64,000 nucleotides of DNA from Felis catus (GCF_018350175.1 NC_058369.1:27592001-27656000); one strand, 5' to 3'. Shown: positions 13,363-26,741, counted from the first letter of the stretch. Numbers and translations are program-made. Notes: generated from the letters alone by a model not told the origin.

Positions 13363-13808
13363 CAGTAGTCCTTAAGCCTTTGGGCATCTTAAGTCCTCTG
13401 TCAGATTCTGATTAAAACCATGGATCTCTTGGGGCGCCTGGGTGGCGCAGTCGGTTAAGCGTCCGGTTTCAGCCAGGTCATGATCTCGCGGTCCGTGAGT
13501 TCGAGCCCCGTGTCCGGCTCTGGGCTGATGGCTCGGAGCCTGGAGCCTGGAGCCTGTTTCCGATTCTGTGTCTCCCTCTCTCTCTGCCCCTCCCCCATTC
13601 ATGCTCTGTCTCTCTCTGTCCCAAAAAAATAAATAAAAAAAACGTTGAAAAACAAAACAAAACAAAAAAAAAACCATGGATCTCTTAGGCAAGTGCACAT
13701 ACACATAAATGTTCAGTGCACCTACACATAAATGTTCATGTATAATTTTCAGGGGTTGAAGAAACTTTCAAAGTCCATGTATGAACCACACATTCCAGGA
13801 TAAAAAAA
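13363..13808 (-). mobile_element. Charlie4z-like hAT MITE, interrupted by the SINE at 13431
   Basis: cagtagtccttaagcctttggg...gattctgattaaaaccatgga|...gcacatacaca...ataattttcaggggtt...gtccat collinear with recalled Charlie4z once the SINE is removed. Confidence 0.6.
13431..13669 (+). mobile_element. Can-SINE SINEC_Fc, youngest subfamily, full length
   Basis: ggggcgcctgggtggcgcagtcggttaagcgtccg; A box 13443-13454, B box 13499-13507; CpGs retained; perfect 17-bp TSD aaaaccatggatctctt (13414-13430 / 13670-13686). Confidence 0.98.
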
Positions 13809-15188
13809 ATCGTCTCTATAAAGACTTAAGATTACCCTCTCTTCCTTTGCATGCATTCATTTTTCTTCCAATAAAAATGAGTAAAATTAAGTTTTAAAAA
13901 AAGGAGGAACTAAAATAAGGACAGAATATTAGAGGTTAAAAGATCTTTGCTTGGTTACAATCTAAAGCTAAGTTTATTTATTTTAACATATAATGCAATT
14001 TTTATTAATTAAATGCAAATTGAAATAAGATAAGACAAACCTATTGCAATATATTTCTGAATGGATGATTACGTGTCAGCTTTTTCCCCAACAAATTAGC
14101 TGAGGAAAACTTTCAGTTAGTAAATTATAGTAATATGGGATATAAGAAAAAATTAATATCAGGTGCTATGAAATTATTCACATTAAGAACTTTTATTTCC
14201 TACTTTATTTTTACTAAAATTATATTTTTTCCCATTTTCAAACAGTCTAAATGTGAGGTGTTTATCTTGCCTACCGTTCAAATTAAACATTGAATACTCT
14301 CGGGGGAGACATGATCAAAATAGGCATCCTTTACAATGCCTGCATACAGTATAAAGTTTAGGTATGGAAGACAAAACATTCAAAATGTACATGCACCTTT
14401 ATGTGTTTGGAAGTACACAGTTAGCATACTACATCATGAAATAATCTTGGGGACTCATACTATTGAAATGTCCTCACATCTTCAGTTGGGTAGATAAATA
14501 AAAAGAGGGGTATTAACAATATTCAGGGCAGAAAACAATTAGGAGGGATTATTATAGTTCATTATTTTTGCTCATAAGAGCAGTCAGTAATTGAGGTTTA
14601 AGAAATCTCTCAGGTAGTACTTAGTGGAGAAATCCAGACTTGGCAATGGCATGTAGTTCCCATTTAATTACACTATCCCAATCAAGGATATAACCTTCAC
14701 CTTCCCACAAAGCAAACTGTTTATGGAGAAAGAAGACTTTTCAGGCAAGTAAGTGGAGGTACAGAGAAGTTAGGAGCCTCGAAGGACTTCAGGGGAAAGG
14801 GAAGAACATCTAGAAAATGGACATATACTGTCGAGAGGGAGGCAGATGCTGTTGCAAATGGTGCTGCTTTCTAGAAAAGCATGACACCGTAGGCCATTGG
14901 CCCCTTTCCTGTATTACCATGGTTGTTCTCCTTTATTGCTAAAGAAATATGGTATCATCCTTAACACTGAATGAAGAAGCTGAAAATTCGAGAATACAGA
15001 GTCTCCCAAGATGATAAAAGGCAAAATTAAATGGATTTTGGCCATGACTGGGTTATTGACAGAAGAAGGAGGATAGAGAGTTTCTAGGGGAAATGATTTT
15101 CTTCAGTGTTCTTACTAGGTCAGCAAACCCCCATTCTTTCCAAACTTTCTGGTCTCTTGCTTATTTTGGAATCCACATAGGTTACATA

Positions 15189-16043
15189 TTGTGATGTACT
15201 TGGGTTGATGTGTATTGACTTATAAGAGCTATTCATAAAATTTTCAGAAATTTTGTAAGCCAGTTGCTTAGAAAGCCATGAAAAGTTAAACTTTGTAAAT
15301 CATAATTAAATAAAAAATAATAGCAAAGATAACATTCAAAAATCCTCACTAATTATTTCACCATTCCCTATGCTTCTTAGGCCATTTGTGTCTATTTTAT
15401 CTGTATGGTAGAAATCTCACATGATAGTGTGCTACTTACACATCTCTTTCTAACTCTGTGTAGTAATGTCTGGTTTGTAGGTTGAAATCATCCAGCATGG
15501 GAATATTTATATGAAGGAATTGGCAAACACTACAGACTTACTGTTTGGTTGGTTATCTAGCCCTAAAGAAGCGATGGACAAAATATTAATGCATATTAAA
15601 CCTAAAAGGTTTGGGGTCTATAACTGTTACATTTGAATAGCACAGAAAATCGGGAAGACATTCTTCCAGTATTCTAAATCTATTCCCTCACTCAGCAAAA
15701 AGTCACTCATGTTTGGCATATTTCTTCATTGTTTCACTTTTGTCTTAGCTATTAATGTAAACAAAATATCACCCAGCATTCATGGCAGACATTAGCAACT
15801 TTGCATTATTTCTTATCTGAACTTCTCAAATTGTGACTGAATTGCAACCACAGGTTGACTACAAATATAAGAATTCAGCCAACATCAACAAGAGCAGCCT
15901 GGGAGAGTAAAGTTGTGTGCTACATATACTTTGTATCTGCATAATTTACATAAACTTGTATTTACATATGGAGATACAGACATTGACAAACAATTTTTTT
16001 TCCCTGAAGAGCTGATTATTAAACATTTACCAGCACACCACTG
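15189..16043. mobile_element. MER63-type (hAT-Blackjack) non-autonomous DNA transposon, ~855 bp
   Basis: Right terminus ttaaacatttaccagcacaccactg; decayed left terminus gtgatgtact...aaattttcagaaattttgtaagccagttg. Confidence 0.8.
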
Positions 16044-16685
16044 GATATAAATACAATAAATATATTTAGTAAAAGATGATCATTCAACTTTCCTAGAGAC
16101 AACTTAGTTATGGCTGGAAAGTAAAGGCTAGGAGGTTTACTGGGTCATTATTTGCTATACCATTTACTTCCCCAAACAGCAAGGATACCAAGGTGGTAAC
16201 AGATCTGAAACTTCTGTTATTTTGACAGTTGACTGGGGGAGTTCTGCTGGGGAGTGGTAGAAAGATTTACCTTCAGCAGGAAGGAAAGAACAGGAGAAGT
16301 CAGCAGGTTGTCCGTTGCCAGTCAACGGTTGAGAAGCAGCAACTGACATAATGGAAAGTCTTGAAGCAAATGGTCATTCGTGTGAAATCTTTCAGAATAT
16401 ATGTACTTTGTATGTGTTGAGATAATATTAAGAGATTCTGTTCGGTATGTGTAGTCAAGACAGTTCAGAACTGTTAATTCATTAAATTTTAAAAACAGAA
16501 GAGACCCTAGACCAATGACTCCTTGCAGTTTTACATTTCATAAAAAGTGAAAAAAATGACCAAAACCAAAAATAAAGCAAAACAAAAAATAGGATACCGA
16601 AATATCTATTTTGTTTGTTTCCAAGTAAAGATATTTTTAAACCCTCTATTATCACTGTCACGTCCTTAGGAAAGCTCACCAATTG

Positions 16686-16906
16686 GGGGTGCTTGGGTAG
16701 CTCAGTCGCTTAAATGTCTGACTTCAGCTCAGATCATGATCTCAAGGTTCATGAGTTTGAGCCCTGCATCGGGCTCTCTGCTGACAGCTCAGAGCCTGGA
16801 GCCTGCTTCGGATTCTGTGTCTGCCTCTCTTTCCACCCCTCCCCCACTCATGCTCGCTCGCTCGCTCTCTCTCTCTCAAAAATAAATAAACATTAAAAAA
16901 ATTAAA
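16686..16906 (+). mobile_element. Can-SINE (SINEC_Fc type)
   Basis: Full body with (CT)n and A tail; perfect TSD gaaagctcaccaattg (16670-16685 / 16907-16922). Confidence 0.97.
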
Positions 16907-17955
16907 GAAAGCTCACCAATTGGCCATTAGGCCTTCAGAAGTTAAGAGGTACCCAAAGTGTATTTACTATCAACATTCCGAAGCAACACAGGAAGGGCAT
17001 TGGGTCCAGGGCTTTTTCATGGCTGAAGTTCAGGCTCAAATACACAAATACTGCCTAAGAAACTCTAAGCACCAATGAGCACAGGGACTGTCATGTGTCC
17101 TGTCTGTTCCAGAGAGTCTAAAGGAAGTGGTGACCTCAGGAAAATTGACCCAAAGGGCTTCTAGAAAAGAACATCAAGCACATGCTATCTGGTGCTCTAT
17201 TTTTTTCTTTGAAACTATTGACCTCTGATTTGCTGCAAGCTCTTCTCAGCACCTGTAACACAATGAAGCACACCAGCTTCAGCGTATTGGATTTGGCTTT
17301 AGTGGAGTGGAGCGCTCCCTCTGATCATCACCTTCCAAGTGATGAAGGCAACTTCACATCCCTAACTTCATCTTCCTTGCAAAGCTTTGCTACTTTGCTG
17401 CTTTTTTTTTCAGGCCCTGAAGTATATATACGTGGGGTCACCAACTTCCCTCCACAGAAGCCACAAGGCATATATGAAGGACATGAGTGCTGCTTTCATT
17501 TGCCAAAAGAAATCAGCTTTCCACTGGGAATTGCAAGCATGAGCCTGGTTTCCTTTTGTGGCTTTTAAGAACTCACATGCACTCAGGATGAGTAAAACCA
17601 GCAGGGAGACAGGTCTCAGCCAAGAAGACATTTACTAATTTTCCTGGAAATTTTCAAAACTCTGACCCTGAGAGAAGGCAATGCCAGGCATTTATACTTG
17701 TGAGGACAGGAGGGTTATGGGATAGAGGCAGAAAGACACATTTGAGGGAAAGAATTCTACTGGGCAAACTGGCGTGTAGGTTCTAAGGCAGCTTTTCCCA
17801 CCTGTGAATGCCAGAGCATCACAGTGCCCTGCTATGGCTCCATGCTTGCACAAAACATTTTCCACCACAGGAAGACAGCACCAGAAGACAAGAACTCCAA
17901 ACTCCTATCACATATGACAGCCTGGAAATCCACTCTTCTCCAAAGTGGTCCATTT

Positions 17956-18029
17956 GGGGAAGGAAGGGAGGGAAGGAGGAAGGAAGGAAGGAGAAAGAAA
18001 GGAGGGAGGGAAGGAGGGAGGGAGGAAGA
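17956..18029. repeat. (GGAA/GGGA)n polypurine tract
   Basis: 74 consecutive purines. Confidence 0.95.
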
Positions 18030-21000
18030 CCAACCCCTCATTCTCACCCCACCTGGTTTCCACTAACTTGTTCTCATAATCACGAAGCCATGATATACCT
18101 GAGCAACTCAGCTCATAGGACTCAGTGAAAAGGAAATGCATCCTCACTAATTGAGGACCAACTATTTATGGGCACTTGCAAGTACTGTGCCATTAATTAA
18201 TGTTCCCTACAGCCTTGTAAAGGCAGCATACAGATCTCTGCTTTCCAGATCAAGAGAGTAAGGCTCCCTCACTAAGTATATTTACATGTATATTTACATG
18301 TATTGAGATCATCAGCTACTTGTTAGAAATCATGCTACATAGTTTCCAGAGAGGAGAAAGACATGGCCCCTCGCCTTACAGATTCCATCTCAGGGGAGCT
18401 CCAAGAAGCAAGTGCCTGGACAGTCAGTAAGTAACTTCTGGCTAGCTGGCTGAATGGTAAGGTGACAGGGAAAGGAGGGGACAGTACAAGAACAAAAGAA
18501 AAGAAAGAAAAGAAGTTGTCCAAGGATGCCCAGGTAATAAACCAAAGAACCCAAATTTGAATTCCAGACTCTTCGCTCTGCACTTGACCAACTCATACAA
18601 CCTTGGAGATGCCCCTACCACCCTGATGATGCCTGATGAAAACAAAGACCAGAAGGAAGAATGGTAGCTGAGGAATCTGTTCCAGAGCTCAAATTCATTC
18701 CCTGGAGTCTAAGCATCATCTCTGGGCCAAAGGCCCCACAGCTGTGAGAAGAACAGGACCCGAATTCCAGAAAGTTTCAGAACACAGCCTGCCCTTTTCA
18801 ACTCATCTTTATTAATATTCTTCAAGCACTGAGGTAATGAGAAAGTGCAAAATACAGCCCCCTCTGGCTGCAGCAGCCAGAAAGCCAGAGAGAAAAAAAT
18901 TGTATGTCATGCCATCCTATTATAATAAGAAATTAAAAGGGCACAAACAGGGTACTAATTAGCAGTCATAACAAGCCAAGGCTCCCAGTTGTTCATCTTC
19001 ATATCTGGGCAGAAATGCTGCCACGTGTTCAGATAACCTGGAAGTAAGGTAGCAGAAAGCAATCCCTGAGGGCTCAGCCAGCATGAGTCAGGGGAGGCAG
19101 CCTGATCCAGTGGCACAACTTGGACTGTCCCCTAGAGACCAAAGACACTCAGGGGACTGCCCAAGAATTTAAAATTACCCAACCCAGATGAGGGCAAATG
19201 CCGCCTAACTCAGCAAGGGGCAGGAGGGGACCTTGCTGATTTCTGATTGATCACTCTCAAGGGCCTCTCCCCAAGATGTATTCCTGCCCATGGTCTCCCC
19301 TGCAGGTTCTATGCAGAAGGCTACTTCTGAGAAATGAGATGGTTTTTATCGGCATGCAGGAGCCAAAGTTTAGCCTGAGGGAGAGATACCTTCATCAATA
19401 AAATCTTTTTTGATTAAATTCAGTCTTTCTTCTTGGGTCTTCTCAGAGCTTAGAAAATAAGCCAGATGTGCTTTCTAACTTTTATCCCCCATTTTGTTCC
19501 CTGAGGAGTTCCAGGATTCTGTTGCCATCCAGGAAATCTGGGAGAAGAAAGAAGGGAATCTGTTTTCTTTAACAAGTTGCCTCTGAAGAAATTCAGACCC
19601 AGTAATTCAGAGTTGGAAATTTATCCTACTCCGATATCTAGCTTGGCCAAGGAGTTGTATATTCCAGGTTAACCAATTAACTTACAACTTTAAAATGACC
19701 ATCCACAGCAAAAAAGGAGAGCCACCTTTTAAAAAAGAATCCGAACTCTTTTAATAAGGAGAAAAGTGCATCTCTACTACATGTGAACCTGAAGTTTGGC
19801 AATTTTTTAAAAGAATAACAGGTCCAAATTGAAAGGCAAAGCAATGATATGAGTGAACTGCACAATTATCTTATTTATTTATTTTCCACATTATAATAAG
19901 GGATATATATTCTCTAATGGTGTACCCATTAAATAATGGCAGTAATACCTTTCGTTTGCTGTGCAGTGAAAAATCTGGGAGAAAAAAAAAATCAAGACTT
20001 TTTTTTTTTAAATAACAGCCCTGCAGTAAAAAAGAGATTGCCCATATTTATTTATTTTCCTTGAGAGATCTGGACAAGTATCAGTGGGAAGAGACTGGGT
20101 CCTAGTCTCAATAGAGACTAAGCAGGCCAAATCATTGATGGTGACTTTTTGAAAGTCTTAGAATTTGTCTTTGTGTCTCTCATGAATACCCATTGTCTTC
20201 ATTTGTCCCTACTGCTTGGGATTATACATTTTAAAAATGTTCGATAGTACATGAGCACAAGACAATCAGAAATGGACCAGCTTCCAGAAATCTGCAGCCA
20301 GTCCAGTGTTCCCAGTGCACACTGCCTGGATATCCATCCAACTCCAACTGTTCCAAGGCTCTGATGATAATATGGGCACCTCCCCGAGGATTTGCCTGCT
20401 TAATTGGATGCCTAAAAGGATAATTCATGAACCTCTAGTGGTGATCATTCTAGTACATATGCCAGAGGCCAGCAGAACTATTATCAAATTGAACAAAGTC
20501 TCCTCACACCCTCAAACTATACCATGGGAGTAAAGACCTTCACATGGTACCTGACTCACAGGGGAACCATGATCAAGTCTTTTACATTCTCTAGAAAAAC
20601 CCATTCTACATAAAAGACACTGCAGCCTCGGCCCCAATCTCCCTCAAAGCAATGCTGAAAGGTCAAGTAAGAGAAGACATTGAAATGTGCTTTGAATGCT
20701 TCCAAAGAAAAATACTTTCTAATCCCAAGTCATAATTACTAATAAATGGTTTCTCTTTTACATAAGGGTTAAAGGATTTTTAATACATACATTCTTAGGT
20801 GCTCATTAGGAAGACTCTAATTCTTCATGGGTTCATAAGCACATACATAACTAAGAATAATTTGCAGCGATGGTGCACTAATGAATGTAAAATCCTAATG
20901 AGAGAACGCACATTGGCTGGAAATGTGTGTTGTTCTTTTCTTCCTTCTTTTGTCAAAGATATTGTATTGAATTTTCTTCAGAGGGTTTATTAGTGCCTGT

Positions 21001-21709
21001 TTAATATTATCCCTCTCTTTCATGTGAAAACTTTCATTAGAGTCCTAGGCAAAGCTTTAGGCTTTCAATGAAGAGGTTATTAAAAAATAATTAATATCTA
21101 AATGGTACTCAAAATACCACATTACAGCTAATCGACAGCATTGTCACAAGGCACAGAGATGGGGAAGATATTAAACACCAGAGAGCCCGGCCTGATCCAT
21201 CAGTAATTTCATTACTTCCAAGTACAAAATTAACTTCTTTGAGAGGCTAAAGACTGTAAGGCTCCTTGAGGTTTCATTTGTTCTGCATAGATGATTTCCT
21301 TGTGGGGATTCCATGGAAGGAATCAGACCTGACTTTATGGTGGTCACCATAGCCAGTTCTCCACTTTTAATATTCTTTATGCTAGGATGGCCATAAATCT
21401 GGTCCTGGATATCACTCTGGAGCTCTTCCTCAGGGTGTCTAGAAAACCAACCATTGGAATAGAAAGGGCAGCCATGATTCTCCTGGTTCCTACTTCACCT
21501 GAGGCCAGGTTCAAGGAGAGGCTGGTCTTAGAGTCCCTGAGTAACCAAAGCTGCCTCAGTTCATTTCCTGTTGGGGAAATTCTGAAGTTCATTTGTTAGC
21601 TTCCCAAGACAAAATGGTTACTTTAATTCACACACAAAATTGGAACAAATTCAATTGATTCTCTTTTATTAGTCTAAAATCAGCCAAACCAGCTAATGAA
21701 TCTTAGTGC

Positions 21710-22185
<476 letters not shown>

Positions 22186-23187
22186 TCTAAGTCAATCCAT
22201 ACCTGCACCTTGCCTTAGGTGGCTGCCATTAGTTTTGATGTAATTACACAAGAATACACTCAGCATTTCTCCAACATGAGGTCAGAATAAAAGTAATGTA
22301 CTCTTCAAGGGTATGCTCCCTACTTGGTGGATCATGTGCCAACCCCTCCAAGGACTTACACGCTTTCTGGAGGCCTAAAAATCTATGAGCTAAAGACTAT
22401 TAATCCATCCTTCCCACTTTCCAGCTGAAGACAAGAGCCAACTCTGTGGCAATATGTCAGGAACTGAAGAGATAAATATGAGTCAAGTGTGGCCTCCAGA
22501 GGCTACCACGCCTGTCATAGACAACAAGCCATAAACCATGAGGTGTGTGACATGGAAAAAGGGGAAGTTCATTCTGCATGAAGGAAAAAGGAAGCCTAGT
22601 AAAGTCAGTAGTTGTTGAAACAGGCTTCAGCATAAACCTTTTGTCAGGTAGAATGAGTAAACCACATGAGAAGCACTGAAGCTGCAGGTGTGAGGGGATA
22701 GCCTTTCTAAGTTGTTCATTCCCTCCAACATCACAGACAAGCCAATAGGTCTTAGAGGATGGAGAACGTAAGAATTCCATGACAAGGTGGACAAATCTCA
22801 GCTAATTCCTTTAGCCCATGAAACTGCTATGTCCACATTCCACACCTTGCCTGATGGCAGGTCTGTAGTGGGCCTCTGTGTTCCTGTCACCTTGGCCAAA
22901 AAAGACTCTTCATGTCTCCCAGAAACAGGTGTCCATACTAGTCATCCCTCTATAGGCACAAGAGTAGGCATACATTTGTGCCTTTACCTTTCAATGGCAA
23001 AATGGTCCTTAAAAACTGAACATTCATGGATGACTTATAAGTAGAGTCATTTTACATGACCATGAAGAATGACTGATTGGATGCATACTTGTGACTTTTG
23101 GGGAGAGCAGGGAATCCATAAGCGCTCAGAGATTTGTTCAGATTTTCCTAACAGAACATAGTTGTTCTTAAAAGACTATCAAATTTT

Positions 23188-23396
23188 GGGGCACCTGGGT
23201 GGCTCAGTTGGGTAAGTGTCTGATTCTTGATTTCGGCACAGTTCAGACTTCATGGTTTGCGAGATTGAGCCCTGCATCAGGCTTTGCACTGACAGTGAAG
23301 AGCCTGCTTGGGATTTTCTCCATCCCTCCCTCTCTGCCACTCCCTGGCTTGTGCTTTCTCCTCTCTTTCTCTCTAAATAAATACACTTAAAAAAAG
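23188..23396 (+). mobile_element. Can-SINE (older feliform subfamily)
   Basis: ggggcacctgggtggctcagttgg...tcttgatttcggc; TSD gactatcaaattt (23174-23186 / 23397-23409). Confidence 0.96.
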
Positions 23397-24195
23397 GACT
23401 ATCAAATTTAAAGAAATGATAAAAAGTAGACATATGAAAATGGCATTGTTCCTAAACTAAGAGTATAAAGATGAAAATAAATTTGCAAGCTATGTGCCAT
23501 TTGACAACAATGTGAGGTGAAATCACTGTCACATCCATAAATTGATTTAGCCAGACCCATATCTCCTGAGACCCCTGAGTGGCCTATAGGCTCAGTGTAC
23601 TCTAAAATAATGACCCTATAATTTTCAAGTTGAAGAAGAATGAGAGAAACTGGCAATTTTTACACCATCAAGAAGGATGTAGTTGGTCAAGCAGGCAATG
23701 GTGTTTAAACACAACAAAGTGAGTTCTGAATCTCCTAAGCAAACTGACAAATTACCCTCTGGGGTACAATTCCCAACATCAGTACCACTTTGCCAGGATG
23801 GCTTGGCTTCTGTCTTTAGTGCCTAATTGCTCTCCACGTGAAGACGGGCAGTCAGTGTGATTAAAATAACTATCAACAAAACAGTCCAGTAATTAGCCGT
23901 CTTCTTTGTTAAATATAATTCTGGTCAGCAAGATTGATAGACTGTTTTGGTCATTAACAACCTATGTAACAAGTGTAAATTTAAAGTCATCACTTTCCTG
24001 AGCCCTGGTACTAAAAAGGTTAGGGGGATAGTTACACTCAGGCAGAGTCAAGAGCTAGAAAATTATGCCAGACTCAAAAAATAAGACTTAACAAAATAGT
24101 ACTCTTCAAACAGTGCTGTGGATCTATATGGAATCAGGGTATTTTTCATGCTAGAAAATTTGTTCAATCATTTTTTTTAAAAAGGGAACCAAATC

Positions 24196-24422
24196 TTTTT
24201 AAACTTCTTTTTAAGTTGATTTGTTTATTTTGAGAGAGAGAGAGAAAGTGAAAGAGCAAGCGCACAAACAGGGGAAGAGCACAAAAAGAGGGAAAGGGAG
24301 AGAATCCCAAGAAGGCTCTGCAATGCCAGTGCAGTGCTTGACGTGGGGCTCAAAGTCATGAACTGTGAGATCATGACCTGAGCTGAAATCAAGAGCAGGA
24401 TGCTCGACCAACTGAGCCACCC
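24196..24422 (-). mobile_element. Can-SINE (older subfamily), lacking ~9 nt at its 5' end
   Basis: Antisense body ending actgagccaccc; 16-bp TSD aaaagggaa(c/a)caaatc (24180-24195 / 24423-24438). Confidence 0.96.
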
Positions 24423-24660
24423 AAAAGGGAAACAAATCAATGTGTAGCAATATATTTGGGTGGGGGGAAGGGGAAATCCTTAAATATCAAACCCAGCTGA
24501 AATTAAGGTTCTGTTAGAAATGAATCACCTTCCATGAATCATAAAAATATTACCTAAAATTGAATTTAGAACAGGACATGTTCTTTGGTTATGTTTGGGT
24601 ATCCTAAAAACACTGATCCCAGAAAAGTGTTCTCATATTTCATCTAAAAATAGATATGGA

Positions 24661-24851
24661 TGGGCCTCCTGTGTGGCTCATTTGATTAAGCAACCAAGTC
24701 TTGATTCTAGCTCAGGTCATGATCTTACAGCGTGAGATTGATCCCTGTGTTGGACTCAGCACTGAGCATGGAGCCTGCTTGGGATTTTCTCTCTCCCTCT
24801 CTCTCTGCCCCTTCCCGCCACCTCTCTCACAAAATAAATAAATAAACTTAA
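24661..24851 (+). mobile_element. Can-SINE (older subfamily)
   Basis: gctcaggtcatgatctt...ggagcctgcttgggatt; TSD aaaaatagatatgga (24646-24660 / 24852-24866). Confidence 0.96.
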
Positions 24852-25899
24852 AAAAATAGATATGGAAACTATTTAAACTAGTCTTAAAACCATATTTAAA
24901 AAGTGGAATCACCCATAGACACAGCCATTATAATACACTGTATTTTAAAACTGTATCTATAAAATTTCAAAGTATATAGTCAGTCATGTTGGTCAGTTAG
25001 TGTTATTATTATCTTTACGCCACTGTATTTTGATCTAACATTTTCCCTAACCAAAGCTTGTTACTGGCCCATATGTTTTATTTGACATTCATGGGCCATC
25101 CACAGGGAAAGAGAGCTAACCCTTCCACTGGCATATTTACTAGTAGTAACACAGAGAATCAATCTCAGGCTTTGACATGCCAACTGGTGATGCAGCCGAG
25201 TCTCACTCTACCAATGAATCATCTAATAAAGAGAAAAATGGCAAGAATAAGAGGGAAGAATATCACCCTACAGCCTTCAGGTTTTAGATTGCTGTGCAGG
25301 GCTCTTTGCAAACAAAAAAGAAAAGAATGTAAGATGAACTGAATCAGTGCAGGAAGGCAAAGTGAATTTTGTACACCTCGGTCTGAAAAAATACACATCA
25401 CTAGGATTGATCCTCAAAGGTATCTTTGAGGTAACTTAGGAATGTCTCCAAGGATGAAAGACTAAGACCACCAATGTGGATACATCACAAGTCTGCTGAA
25501 CACCACATTTGCAGAAAGGATGTTTTATCTGCCTTTATAAAATTAAGAAACAAAACCAGTAAGCAGAAAAATACGAGTTCTATTGATTAAAGTTCAGAGG
25601 AGCCTGACATGTTACTTATAAGATATATTTCAACCATGTTTCCCCTTCCTTACAGGTTCAGCGGATGTTAACTCACATGTATCTATAGTATCCCCATGGC
25701 CTATCTCAGAATTTACAGCCTCATACTTGAGGGGGAATAATTAAGGTACTCAAGGGCAACCAGGTTTGACCTTAAACACCAGCTATGGCCAAATGGCAGT
25801 AGCCTGCATTGAGAAGGACCCTGAGGCCATTTTTGGACTCAGTAGAAAGGAGTAACATGACCAATTAATAATGCCTGTAGAGACAGTTTCACAAAGGGT

Positions 25900-26112
25900 A
25901 GGTTAAGAATGGATTCTGAAGACACCTGATGTTTGAATCTCAGCCCTATAACTTACCAGGTAGGCAAGGTATGATTGAACCTCAATTTACTACATACATA
26001 CTATGCACCACATACAAAATAGCAATGATTAGAGGATTATTAGCATTCAATATTATACATTAAGCAAATTCCACAATGTCTCACACATAATTTTCACTTA
26101 ATAAACATTAGC
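25900..26112 (+). mobile_element. MIR SINE
   Basis: ggttaagaatggattctga...gtttgaatctcagccct...cacttaataaacattagc. Confidence 0.65.
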
Positions 26113-26741
26113 ACCATCACGAGCAGGACTAGTTACCACTGTTGCTAACTGGCGCTGCAGAGGAGAGTGGAGGCCTTCTTTGCCCATGGAGCTGTTTGTG
26201 TTCTAGAATCTGCTCCCCAACTCAAGTGTAGAACTAACAAGTAACACACTTTGAAGATAAGGTGGCAGTAGGGAAGTGGAGTAAGTCAAACCTATATAGT
26301 TCTTCATATGACTGAATATATGAATTTGGTAGAACTAAATTCCAAACTGCAACATATTATAGTGGTGCTGCTATAACATTTTTGGACTGTGAAAGATGAG
26401 AATGTCTTTCAATAACTCATATTTTCAGTGAACTGCAAATTGATCAAAATTGGTGTATCTTGACTTAAAATAAGTCATTTGGCTTTCTCCTGACTTCCCA
26501 GACTGCTAATAACATACAATCCCACACTTCCCATGCTCAACCCAGCTGAATAAAGGATCAAAAGGAGACTGGCTCCACCTCAAATGTTATAAGAAGCCTT
26601 CATATATTGCAAGTGTGGCTCCATCACTAACAGACAGAAAAACTCTCAAACCTAGTGGGTGATAAGAATATGCTTCTAAATTTGATTGTTTTAGTGCTTC
26701 TATTGGTTACTGTCATCAGGCATCAGGAACTAGAATTAGGG

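Noticed and set aside
13431..13510. tRNA-like A/B boxes
   Set aside because: Head of a tRNA-derived SINE with (CT)n, A tail and TSD; not a tRNA gene
13372..13704. 110-aa ORF and similar ORFs at 23179, 24211, 38635, 42594 and 58956
   Set aside because: Read through Can-SINE sequence; not genes
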